The position numbers and the translations under genes were made by a program. 64,000 nt of DNA from Blastocystis sp. Blastoise. Lineage: Eukaryota > Protista > Bigyra: Opalinata. This document shows positions 11,111 to 24,978 of this stretch, piece after piece. A model generated the notes under the pieces. The model searched no databases. It had not been told where the DNA came from and worked only from the letters and a program-made list of their open reading frames with translations. The stretch lies in contig JBBPEB010000014.1 in assembly GCA_039096225.1 (NCBI GenBank), positions 744,001 to 808,000 on the forward strand. The letters are read 5' to 3'. The stretch's first letter is position 1. Each line of letters opens with the position of its first letter.

Positions 11111-11472
11111 AGGTTGTTTATTGATAATATTAAAATTATTTTTTTTAGAAAGTTCATTTATTAATCTTTGTGTATTGTTATTTTTACCATTTATATTTAG
11201 GTATTAAAATAGAATTTATTCCTTTTTATTTAAAAAAGAGATTTCTAAATCATTTTTAAATGTAATAATCTCTTAAAAAATATAATTATTCCTTCTTGTA
11301 TATAATAGTATAATGTACATGTATAGTAATAATAACAATACTTAAAGATATGAACAAAGAATATATACATATTTATAATTCATTATTAAATAGTAGATAT
11401 CATGTTAGCAATGAAACATAATAAAAAGAAAGAAATTAAAAAAAAATGAATATATCCATAGAATGATTTATA

Positions 11473-11611
11473 TTATTGTAAGAAAACAGAATCGATAGAA
11501 GAAAACATTTGTTTGAATGTTTCATCACCATAAGCAGCATAAATAACCTATAAAAATATAAATATGTAGAAAAGAAAAAAGATTGAGCAAAAAAAAAAAA
11601 TCAAATAGAAA

Positions 11612-11642
<31 letters not shown>

Positions 11643-12227
11643 CAAAAAATATATATACAGAAAGAGTTGATTTGAAATAGGGTTTCCATTCTGTTAGATT
11701 CATATATCTTTCTGTATATAGATCTGAGAATCGTTTTGCATGTTCATTTGTTAATGTTTTTTTATGTTTATTTATACGAATTGTACTTGTTTCTTCTTCG
11801 TTATATACTATATCTATACAATCCAGTATCTATAAATATATAAAATAAATATTCAGAGTCTTTTAAAATAGTATACAGATTTTATGAATAAAATACATGT
11901 TATTAAAGAATAAAAATTTTATATATATAATATATTATAATATTATATAATATATACTTCATGAAGAGAAGGTAAACATTGAGTAAAATAATGGTCAAAA
12001 CAAAAAATAAAAAATTTGATAAATAATCGTTTGCGAATAGTACCATAAATACCACCTCCTGATTGGTCAAATATACTGAGTACAAATGACAAGTAATGAG
12101 TTATGAAATCTCCTTCATCTACAAAATAATAATAATAAGAAGAAGAAATAGATTAAGAAGAAGATTAAGTAGAAAATAATATTTATATTCCACGCTTACA
12201 AATGAATACAATATAAATATTTACAAT

Positions 12228-12284
<57 letters not shown>

Positions 12285-14619
12285 AATATCTCTATAAAAA
12301 TAGCATAAATATATACTAAATTGATTTTGTTGGGTAACATTTTGTATAACAGAAACAGCTTGTTTATTTTGTTCTTCTTTTGATAATAAGTAGAGAATAA
12401 TAATAGTTATTGAGTTTACATCATTTATATCACTATTTCTAATATATATAAGAAATAGTAAAATAGAATAATAAATATAAATGAATCCCTAATATTTATA
12501 TAAACAAATATATATGAATAAATAGTATTAAAAAAGTATATATATATACTCGACAGTTTTTTGATTGTATTGAATTAAAAGTGAATAAATAAAAGAATCA
12601 AAAGAAGGTGTTGAAATAGATGGATATAATAAAAGTATAAGTATATATAAAGAAAGAGTAGAACTATTTTCACGAACAGTAAAGTTTTCTATATATTTAT
12701 AATAAATAAAATATGTTTTTATTATATATATATGATTATAAACGAATTCTATGATAAATATATATACTAGATAGTGAATTTAGAATACTTATTGTAATCT
12801 CACAATAATCAACCATAAATGTATCCTTTCCTAATAATATATATCGCTCTATAATATCAAGATATATAGATATAGAAGGAGGATTTGTTTGTAGGGATGG
12901 TAATAACGACGTATAAAGACTGTGAAGGTAGGAAGTATATGTAATACAATGATTTAACTAGATATATATATATATATTGTTATAATTATAATTTTTTTTA
13001 TTAATCTCATTATTTGATTATAATTAAGATTATATTATTTTTAATTTTTAGATCTATTATTATAATAATATGATAATTATATACAATCTCTTTGAAAAGT
13101 TGAAGACTTTCTTCTTGTATTGATATATTAGAGGTTAATTCAGGAAGGGTAAGAACAGACTGAATCAACTGTAATAACACTGAAATAGTATTTTCATCAA
13201 GTTGTTGTATATACTAAAGAAAATCATTAATATATATATATATATATATTTGAAAAAAGAATGAAAATAAGAGCAGACAGTGAAATATGGATAATATAAT
13301 AAATTTAAAATATATATATATATATATACACATAGCATTTTTCTTAATAAAGAGATTAATATAAATTGGAAATGTTCATGATTCCCGCCTTCATCTACTT
13401 TCTCCCAAAGAACTAAAATATTCGCAAATAATGTGGGATAAGTATCATTACCTAAGGATTTCATACATGTATATATTTTATCAAGAGATTCATATATTGA
13501 TAACACTATATTACTATAAGATACACTCTATATATATATATATATATAATTAATATAATATTAATATTTTAAATAATTATAGATATAAATCTATAATCAG
13601 AATAATAAATAGAAATGATAAATAATAATGAAAAATACTTTTAATATTTGGATAAGTGAGTTAATATAATTAGACATATAAGGTTGAAATGCTTCTTTAG
13701 GGAAATTCATATCGGATGAAATACTATTGATTGTTGTTATACATGTTAATTGTAACTAGAATAATATATATTCATAAATATTATGAATATATATATATTC
13801 AATAAATAACAAAATATATTCAATAAATAACATATATAATTAATAAATAAGATTAAAAAAATCATAAATAACATATAAAATCAATAAATAATATATATAT
13901 ACAGCAAGATCTTGAGTTTGAAGATATGAGGTGATATGTTCAAATAATTGATGATAAATCTCTTTGGTTATATCATTTTTCCATTCTACACACAATTGTA
14001 AACATCTACATTTTAATATATTTGATAAATATGTATATTGTTTATTATTATATAAAATAGCAGAAGTAGAAGCAGAGAAGCAAGGAGAGATTAATTGAGG
14101 GAACCAGAAAGAAGAGAAAGGTTGAAGAGAAGAATACAGAGATGGAGTTAATGAAATTAAATTATATAAATAATCTAACTGTTGAATTGACTATATATAT
14201 ATAATGATTGTTATGAATTCATAATATAAATAGGAGAAATGAAATGACCAAAAACACAAATGAAATTGTAGAAATTAAATATACTGATATATTAATAACA
14301 ATATATTGATATATTAATAACAATATATTGATATATTAATAACAATATATTGATATATTAATAACAATATATGGCTATATTAATAACAATATATGGATAT
14401 ATACTTCAATAGATGATGATTGAATCAGTTCATTAATATGCTCATATTGTGAAGATGTATATTGATATATATATTGAGGATATTTCTTTGTAATCTCTTT
14501 ATATAATGAAATAGCTTCTTGTATACATTCATCAGAATTCTATATATATGACAATTATTGTTACAAAGAATAGTTTTTTGTTTAGAGATAGAAATATATG
14601 TTAATTTCAAAATTATATG

Positions 14620-14654
<35 letters not shown>

Positions 14655-15591
14655 GTTTCTATTAATAAATTCTTCTGGATCTTCAACATAAGAAATAAGA
14701 ATCGAAGGTGATAAATAGAGAATATTATAGACTATTGTATGTATACATAAATATAGCTGATCTGAAGTCATAAATGTATTTATATTCTAAGGAAAAGAAG
14801 TTATAAAATATTGACAGACAAGTAATATCAGAGATATTAATAATAATAATATTGAAGTTCAATATAGTAAATTAAATATATTAAATATAATAAAATAAAT
14901 AAAAAAACATAAATATAATAAATTGAATAAATATAATAAATAGAATACATATAATAAATAGAATACATATATTTAATACATTTCGAATAATGGATGTATA
15001 TGAATTAGGATCGACATTCCCCTGGCTATTTTGTTCATCTTCAGGTAATAATAAGTCAAAAGTAGATACAAGAAACGATAAGGCACGTGTATTTAAAGAG
15101 TATAAAGAGGGACTAAATAATATACATAACTCAATAAATAAAAATGATTTTAATAAATAAATAAATATATATATACGTATTTGATGTGAATATTGAACAT
15201 AAATATTGAATATATGTATTAAGAATAGTTATATAGGATTCTGTGTATATATATAAGGCTTGTTTGCTTGTTTCTACATAGATCCTATAATAATGAATAT
15301 GAATGACTAAAATTAGAATAAATGGATATAAATATATCTATATTCAAGAAATATAGTAAATGAATAATAAACAAATATTTTAATAATAATATACTTGGTA
15401 AGCCATTTACATGTTGATTCTATATCTCTTTTATTATCTTCCCCAATAGTAGAGTAAATAGATAATAATATAGATAAAGAAGAGATAAGAGGAGGTAGAA
15501 GAGAAGATAAACTTGAAGCATCGTTAGGTAAATATCCATATATAGATATCTTATATATACACTATACAGAGATATATATATAAGCAATATT

Positions 15592-15640
<49 letters not shown>

Positions 15641-16843
15641 GAAAGAGAGAATGATGAAAAATATTAAAGTATTCATAAAATGTACTTATGATAAAAACGA
15701 AAAGAAACAATAATTCTATTTTAAAGATTGATTACAGTATATATATATATATATATATACATTTCATTGTATAATGTAATAATTTGGATATGTATTGAGA
15801 AGAAGATGAAAGGAGATTTTGAATATTACTATATAGATGATATGATATGATTAATAGCTTAAATATAATTGAATTTAACAATTATTTAGATATTTTAGTT
15901 TTATGTACTATTATATGTATATTTAACATAAAAATAGAAGAAAATTAAAAAAAAACTACAAAAAATACAAATACAAAAACAATAATATATACTCTCCTTG
16001 TAATGAATTGATCATGACTGTATATATATTAACTAAAGAAGGTAAGAGTCGTAGAGATAAAGAATAGAAGGCCTTTCTTGCCATAGGCAGTCTTTTTGAT
16101 GCATGTTCCGATATAACAGAATAAAGCATTATACTAGAGGGAATAACATATAGTATAGAGATGAATAATTATACATATATAAACAAAACAATATTCATAA
16201 ATAGAACTATATACACAGCTTGTGTTTGTAACATAATATTGTTGGAGTTAATACAATCAAAAAGAACATCAAATAATTCTGTAAAATCATTTGGCCAATC
16301 ATATCGAGAGATTCGACTTACTACAGCACTTAATTGATGAATAAATAAAAATGATTCACAAGGAACTTTCACCTATATAATAATCAAATAATAAAAACAA
16401 GATTACGATGACATATATTAGTAAAAAAACATTTATATATATAACTAGAATACTTGATTTAATAGATTTGTTTTCAATAACGTTCTTTCCTCATTAGATA
16501 TAGAACTAGAGGATAATTCACCTCTTCCAGATCGTCTCCATTGACGTTCTATAGAATTCTTTAAGCAAATCAAGGATAATAAACGAATTGAAGATTGTAA
16601 AGACGACATTTCAGAAATTTGCTACATATCATTCATAATTTATAAATATTTAAACATATTCATATCATAAATATATAATATATTTACCTGGAGTGATAAA
16701 ATAAATCCAGGATGAGTCTCTGCATTTCTAAATTCCATTTCTTCATCTGGTGTGAATTTAGTTTCTATACTCTGAGATCTTTTTAATAAAGATATAACAT
16801 AATCGATAGTTTCTGGAGTAAATTGTGCAGGCAAATTCAACAT
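11473..16843 (-). CDS. IPO11: Importin-11/Kap120-like karyopherin beta, about 20 exons
   Basis: IBN_N motifs ETHPGF, IRLLSLICLKNSIERQWRR, ISRYDWPNDFTELF, ASKRL and EDPEEF. Ends VIYAAYGDETFKQMFSSIDSVFLQ*. Confidence 0.85.
14285..14400. repeat. About 22-bp intronic minisatellite (ATATATTGATATATTAATAACA), about 5 copies
   Basis: Seen directly in an IPO11 intron. Confidence 0.85.
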
Positions 16844-17612
16844 TATAATCTCAACTTTTCTATATAAAGTTTAAATATTCATGAAAATAATCAGAATCAT
16901 AAATATGAAGTATAATATAGTTGATTTACACAAAATTATCTCAACTGATGATAAAAGAAAGATGAAAAATAATATTCAATTTTTGTTTTTTTTTTAATTC
17001 TATTTTTATGTATATATAAATGTTAATTAGTTGCTTAGGTGCTTACTAAGATTCTAGAGACAGTGTAGACAAGAAAAAGCATGTATCTTGTTAAATATTG
17101 GTAATTCCTATGTCATAATTGATATCTTTAGGCTTCAATTTGAATGGAAATAATATGAATGTTCATTTAGAATAATTGAATTCATATAAGAGTGTATAAA
17201 ATAGTAGAAACCGTAAAAAAAAACAATATAATGACCAAGTTGAAGATTTAATACAAGAATATGAATGGGAGCATCACATAGATAAGATAAATAGTACAGG
17301 AATAGCTTAAAAGAAATAAATTGAATACGAAAATGAACTAATAGATCAGAAAATAAAAATAATGAAAAATAATTGTGATGATTACTAAAAAAAATATTAT
17401 TATTAAGAATAGCAAAAAGAGAATTCTTCAAAGAAAGTTTTCACGAACAACTTTGAATAAAAATAAATATCTCTTGAGGAGAGATAGCAAATATTTGTAA
17501 CATATCAAAAAAGTAACCAGAAAAAAGAAAAATGGTAAAAAAACAATAAAAAAAAAGCAATAAAAGAACAATTTAAAATATATAATAACCAAATCAATAG
17601 GAATACTGATGA

Positions 17613-17732
17613 TTATGCTGGCCAGAAGAGAATAACAACAAATATAATTAGAATACCATAAATAAGCATATCATAACATTGATCTCTTCTTCCTATATAA
17701 ATAAAAGAATAGATATATAATGTATAAGATAG

Positions 17733-17790
<58 letters not shown>

Positions 17791-17976
17791 TCTTCTTTGT
17801 TCAGGAGTTAATTCTTTCTTTTTCTAAATATATAAATGATAATAATGATAATAAAGATAATAAAATTAATTAAGATAATAATTATATATATATATATACT
17901 TGTGGAGGGAGAATAGGATGCCTGCATGTTGGACAATCAGGTTTGTCTTCTATTAACCATTTATCAATACAGTCAG

Positions 17977-18020
<44 letters not shown>

Positions 18021-19333
18021 GTTATTGATACTATATTATATATAGTTATTTAAATAATATTATAACAATAGAACATGAATTATTGAGACTATATAAAAAA
18101 CTAAAATGATTATATATATATACAGTGGAATATATGATGACAAGGGAGGACTTTGACCATATCTGTATCATTAAAATCATCTAAACAAATAGCACATGTA
18201 TTATCCATCTTCTCTATATCCTTTCTATAATGTATAATAAGAATATATGTTTATTCAATAGTATATAAAAAAAGAATAAACAAAATGATGAAAAGAAAAT
18301 ATATATAAACTAAGAAAAGCGATAAAAAAAAAATAATAATAAATCATACACTTTAGAATAATGTTTGGCAGGTATTTTTAATACCGCTCGTTGTCGTTCT
18401 TTTCCTTTACAGAGTTTAACTATAAATTGATAAGCATAAAGAAGACCTATCAATACCCACATTGTACTAATCATCTATATATATATATATATAATTCATA
18501 TTAGAATAAAGTAGAGAAGATTTATATATATATACTATGGAGAAGAGAATAGATATCATCCACATATTTGGAGACTCATAATCAACTATATAATAATAAT
18601 AATAAATATAAACATAATGAATATAATAATTATAATAATAAATATAATAAACATAATAAACATAATAATCAGATATATAATAAATATAAAAATACAATAA
18701 AAACATAATAAATACAATAATAAAAACAATATAAACATAATAATTCATATACTATCTCCAGTAGTATTAAGAGTTGCTTCGACTGTTTTATTCTCTATAA
18801 AAAGTTGTCGAAGAGAATCACCTGTTTGTTTTAATATATAAACGGCTACAATATTTACTTCCTGAGCAAGATTCTCTTCTTCCTCTGAAAAATAAAGTCG
18901 TCGGAGACTGTCACCGTTCCATAAGTCTAATTCATAATTCATAATAATTGCAGCTTTTGCACCACTCCTTTGAATCTATAAATAGTTAACATCATATTCA
19001 AATGAATAAAGAAATAATTAAGCAAAAACAACATAATTTCATAAGAAAAACAAAAAATACATTAAGAACTTTCGTAAGATCGGTGCATGTTGGAGACTGA
19101 CCCGATAAATTATCTCTAGCTAGCACAAACTTTCCTGTAGCATTCATAGTTAAGTTTGTACACGCATCAAAAGGATCTGCAAGAACCATTTCTCCACTTA
19201 TTTGACTAGTTTCATTCATTTCATTTGCAAAATATCCTCTTGCATGATAATAAGCGGCTCGGTTTGGTTTCGTAATGACCAAACCATTCACAATAAATAA
19301 AATTAATAGGAAATTAACTATTCTATTCAACAT
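17613..19333 (-). CDS. PA-domain / TM / RING-H2 E3 ubiquitin ligase (RNF13/GRAIL/RMR-like); 3' end uncertain
   Basis: Signal peptide; PA motifs LADPFDAC, KVLN/IQRSGAKAAII; TM segment; RING-H2 CAICLDDF...KVLPCHHIFH/SDCIDKWL...CPTCR. Confidence 0.85.
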
Positions 19334-19367
19334 TTTACTTCATTTACTTTATAGAATCAATACATAA

Positions 19368-19560
19368 ATAATCTGGAAACACGATTTCTTAATTATGCCA
19401 AAATAAAGCTGGGAATCTCTTGTGAAGGTAACACCCAGATTAATTCATCGATTAATTCTTAGAATAATTTTATAAACTTTCTGATTGGCTTAACTTCGTT
19501 TCTAAACCAATCCAAACGCACGTTTCGTTCCAGTTATCATTCAGTCCGACTGACTTCATC
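19368..19560. other. GC-enriched, multi-hairpin non-coding segment (candidate structured RNA or cis-element)
   Basis: Closing helix ATAATCTGGAA/TTCCAGTTAT, plus hairpins CTGGG..CCCAG (19409-19438), GATTGGCTTA..TAAACCAATC (19483-19512) and TCAGTCCGACTGA (19541-19553). Confidence 0.35.
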
Positions 19561-20123
19561 TCTTCATTTGATCTCAAAGAATATATTTATTTCATTCAAA
19601 AATGAATATTTCGTTGAATGGATATGGAATATATTGTAAAACTGTATTGCTTTATTCATTTGTCTACTTGATTTTATTATTTGTATCTAATTGATTGACT
19701 GACTTCATAATTGTTATGAATTAAAACTGTAAAAAATTTTGTTTTCATAATCACTATCTACATAGCTATTTGTATAATGACTTCGTTTCAATTCTTTTAG
19801 TAGATATTTGTGGTTTACTTTATTTTAATTATTCCTTTTCATCTATTTATTATATTAGACTTATCGAATAAAAAACATAGATCATAAAACAAATTTCTTT
19901 TAATGAAATAGATCTTCATTATAGAAATTATTGTTTTTAAACAGTATTCATTCATTTTTAAATTTTCATTCTTGTTTCAACATCGATAGATCGTTGATTC
20001 AAATGAATAAGTGATCTATCTAGACTGTTTTTTGTGTCATAAACAAAATTATCGTTCTTTTACAAACATAAACAAGAATAAAATATTTTATATAAGATAG
20101 ACAATAGTCAATAATTCAAATGC

Positions 20124-21199
20124 TTATTTCAGTTTTCTTTTCACATAGGCTTGGTCAACAGTTTGAGTTAATGGGAGTAAATTACCTTTAAGTTTCTTTT
20201 GATTTCGTTTCACTAGAGAACTTGTTGACTTTACGTTATCAGCTATTGAATTTGTTTTGTTTAAAGATTGTTGAATAGTTGAGTTCTTCGTCAACTCTTG
20301 AGTATTTGTGAATTCATTGAATAATACTTGTGGATGATCTTCATCATTCATTTGTTGTTTATTTTTACATAGATTTTCATTTTGAATAAGTTCTAATCCA
20401 GTATTAGTATTATGAGTTACTTGATTTTCTTTTTCATTTGTTGGCTCTACAGGAGTATTGAATATTTCATGTATATCATGATTAATAATTTCTTCAGGAT
20501 CTATAGATATTGAATTCTTCTTTTTCTCCTTCTCTATTTGATCATAAGTTGTTGTTTCTTCTGGACTCTCTTTAGAAGGTGTAAAAGAAAGAAATATTTC
20601 ATGTATACCAACTGAAACAGAGTCTTCTATATTTTTTAAAGAAGAAGAAGAAACAAAATCTTTAGAAAGAGTCAGGGTGTCTTGAACATCTATTTCTAAA
20701 CCTTCTGTATTATGTATACTGTTTCTATTAATAGAATCATTCGGTTGATTATTCATCTTTAATGAATCTTGATTATTTTTTAATTGATCTATCGATATAT
20801 TATTGTTATTCTTTGGAGATATTATTTGTTTTGTGGATATATTTCTATTAATCATATTGATATCTATAGATATAGAGTTCTCTTCCGTTTGTGTAGATAC
20901 AGTAGTGTTTTGTTGTTTAGAGAGTTCAGATAGAGAAGGATTGCTAGTTGGTTCTGTAGACATAGTAAAAAGAGAAGAAATAGGATGAATAGTATGTTTT
21001 GAATTAGTATTCGTATTCATCGGTATACTGTGTGTATCCATAGATAAATCAGGTGATACGATTGAGTCTTTAGAAGAGCTATATAGAGATGTAAGTACAC
21101 TTGAGGTCCCCTTAGTAGACTCAACAATAGATGCATTTGGTGTAGATATGATATTATTATTATTATTGTTATTGTTATTAATATGGTTATTAATATTAC

Positions 21200-21298
<99 letters not shown>

Positions 21299-21319
21299 CA
21301 TTAATGTTATTAATATTAC

Positions 21320-21409
<90 letters not shown>

Positions 21410-22366
21410 GTATAAATTTTAGTGACGTATCTAGACTATTCTTCTGTTTTAGATTATTTGTATTACTCATAGATATAGAAGACTTGTCTTGAAGATGTGT
21501 TTGAGATGATGTCCCTACAGAAAGAGTATTCTCAATATCAACATATTTAGGGGAATAACGAGAATATAAAAGTTGCAAGTACTGTCTGATCTATATATAT
21601 ATTATATATATATAATAAATATAATATATATATATAATAAATATAATATATATAGATACACCATCAATGTTTAGTGTAGATGAAGTTTGTAATGGTAACA
21701 GTCGATGAATGATAGAATATAATGTTGATAATGTATCTTCTGTTTTATCTTCTATATATAATATATAATATATATATAATACACAAATACTTGTTTTTGC
21801 TTGTTTTATATGAATTGTTGACACAATCTCTTGAGCTTTCTTGATAATATCTTCTCTATATATAGTAATACAATATATAATATTATATATATCAACTATG
21901 AATACTTGAGTCCCGATGCTTGTGCTGATAATATTCCATAATGAACAACTTCAGAAGAATTTGAAGAAGAAACGGAAGTATATATACCTTCCTTATTCTG
22001 ATAACTATATATATAATCATTATTAGAGTTATTATATAGATATTATTATTGTATATAAAGTCAATTCCTAACTATATATATATATATATATACTGATGAG
22101 TCATCATAAGTTGATGGGCCTGCTGTATGTAAAATGTCTGCATGTGAGTCATCTTCATAGAGGGATATAATAAATATAAACTATTGAACTATATATATAT
22201 TATAATGGTAATTATATAGTTATATATAAATGTGTATTATTAAATTCATTAATATATATATACATCCGAGTAATGTGTTGCTAATAGTGTATATGCATTG
22301 GATAGTGATTGTAAATATTCCATGAGTGACCAAGAAAGACACATACCATCTAAATAACTACTTCTA

Positions 22367-22398
<32 letters not shown>

Positions 22399-23886
22399 AA
22401 TTATATATATATATACCCTCGTCCCACTTCATCTAGAATGATAAGAGATGGTTGACAAAGAGTCTCACATATATAACTATATATATATATATGTTCTTAT
22501 TTATTAATAAAATATTTAATGTATATAAATAAATAAATATAATGATAATAAGTATATATACGCCACTTCCCTCATTTCCATGAGAAATGACGAAGCATTC
22601 GTCTCCATATCATCACCAAGTCCCAAACGTGTATATAAGCCACTAAATATCGGTAGACTACTGAACTATATATATATATTATAATAGAGACATAATGATA
22701 AGTATACTTGACAAGGTATATAGGATCCACACTGAGCAAGAATGGATATTAATATCATACTACGTATATAACTAGACTTACCTATACATATATATATATA
22801 AACATATATATATATATACCAGAAGCATTAGGTCCAGTGATCAGTTGACAGTGCTGCACGTTACTTAATAATATATCATTTCCTATATATGGTTTATTAG
22901 GAGCAGAAAGACTATCCTTAATTGGATCTATACATATATTAATATATATATATATATATACGTTTAGCTTCTTTAAGCGCATAGAGCTATATAATACATA
23001 TATATATTTAAATCAACTTTTATAAATACAGTTCCATTATTAAATTGAGGTCTGCCTAAAGATATATATATAATAAATAGATATATATAGAAATACTATA
23101 TGTTGATTTGCTCACTGTGACTGTTGTTGCAAAAGATAATACCTATTAATATATATATAACTATATATATATACCATATCTAATAGAGATACACCTTCAA
23201 CCATCTATATATATAACTATATAACTATATATATATAACTATATATATATATACTGTGGAAAAAAGAGGCATATGTTTACGTAGTTCATCTCTTAAGCTT
23301 TCTACGATCTATATATATATATATACATATTTATTCTTATATATATAACGAATATATCTATATATACTGCATCACTAAGTTTTATTAGAGTTTCTTGAAC
23401 CTCACTACATCTATATATATATATATATATATAGCTATATATATATAAATATATACCTTCTATTTAAGCTATTCATATCTTCTGTAGAGCAACGAATTCC
23501 TTTTTTGTCCTGAATACATTGAATAAAGACTCTATATACATATAAACATATATATATATATATACCCAGGTAAACTTTCCATTTTTTCAGAGATATAAAG
23601 ATGATACCCGCGGGAAACTGTATATTCACAATGAATTGGAAAAGGATCTAGAATAGTAATGAGAGAATAGATAGGAATAATATATATGTATATAATAATA
23701 TAACGAATGCTATGATTTGAAATAATAATATACATTGTTCTTTGTACATATCAGCTAATTTATATATTTGTTCAATTGTTTGTATATATGTATATCTATT
23801 AATATCATAAAGACCATTGATTCCTTCTTTTATACATAAACATAAGTTATGTCGAGATAACCGCGGATTTTTGGTACTAAGAATAG

Positions 23887-23936
<50 letters not shown>

Positions 23937-24919
23937 AATATTTTCATCAAAGAATGTATCTATATATAATCCTATTTCATTCCATTTCTCATGAGTAAAA
24001 ATCTTCTGAAGAACCTATATATATAGTATAATATTAATATGTTTATTATTATGTTTATTATTATTATATACAACTAATAATTGACATTGTACAGATGCCA
24101 TACAATTCCCCAATTTCTGAATCTATATATATATATATAACTTATTCAAGTATTAATAAAGTTATATTCATAGAACTAATATAAATCATAATATAGAAAG
24201 ATATTTGTGAAACATTTATAACTCTATAATATATTTAATATATATATACATAATTAATATTCTTTCTTAAATGAACTAATGACGAAATACTTCTTAATAT
24301 TCGAGCAATAGATTTCTCCTATATATACTATTCCATGGATCAAATATATATATATATATACTTTTTCTGTAGAGACAAGAGAAGAAAGAAGAATATCAAG
24401 ATCATCAAAACCTTTTATATTCTATATATAATTATATAATTATATATTATATATAATATAATATATACATTTGTAATAGTTTCAAATAGTTTTTGGTCAC
24501 TTAATAATTCTTCAATAGCATTCAATCGACTCTCAATAGTTGTCTATAATTTATATATATATAATAATAATAATAATACATACTTGATCTTTTGATGGAG
24601 AGAGTAAAGTGGACCTTAAAAGACGACTTCCTACTTTAGTCTATATATATACATAATTATATTTATTATCACAGTATACAAGATGATAATTCAATTTGAT
24701 ATAAAAAAAACAATAATTCTATATATATACATATGTATGATTGATGACTCCAAACAGACATAAATCCTGTTTACCTGTATATATATTACTAACTACTTCC
24801 AATTGCTTCAAACTCTCATAATCAATCCTACAACTACCATCAATATCTATACATATATATACATTATTATTATTATTTAAAGATTAATTTAAAATCGTTA
24901 TAATTATAATACACATTAA

Positions 24920-24978
<59 letters not shown>

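Noticed and set aside
10570-11300. Selenocysteine codon or SECIS for the Sep15-like gene
   Set aside because: The TGA triplets are out of the spliced frame, and no SECIS-like stem is evident downstream.
19409-19535. RNase P/MRP or telomerase RNA identity (GGGAATCTC, AACCAATCCAAAC, CTAAACC)
   Set aside because: P4 strands are not complementary and no template of about 1.5 repeats is present; kept only as an unassigned structure.
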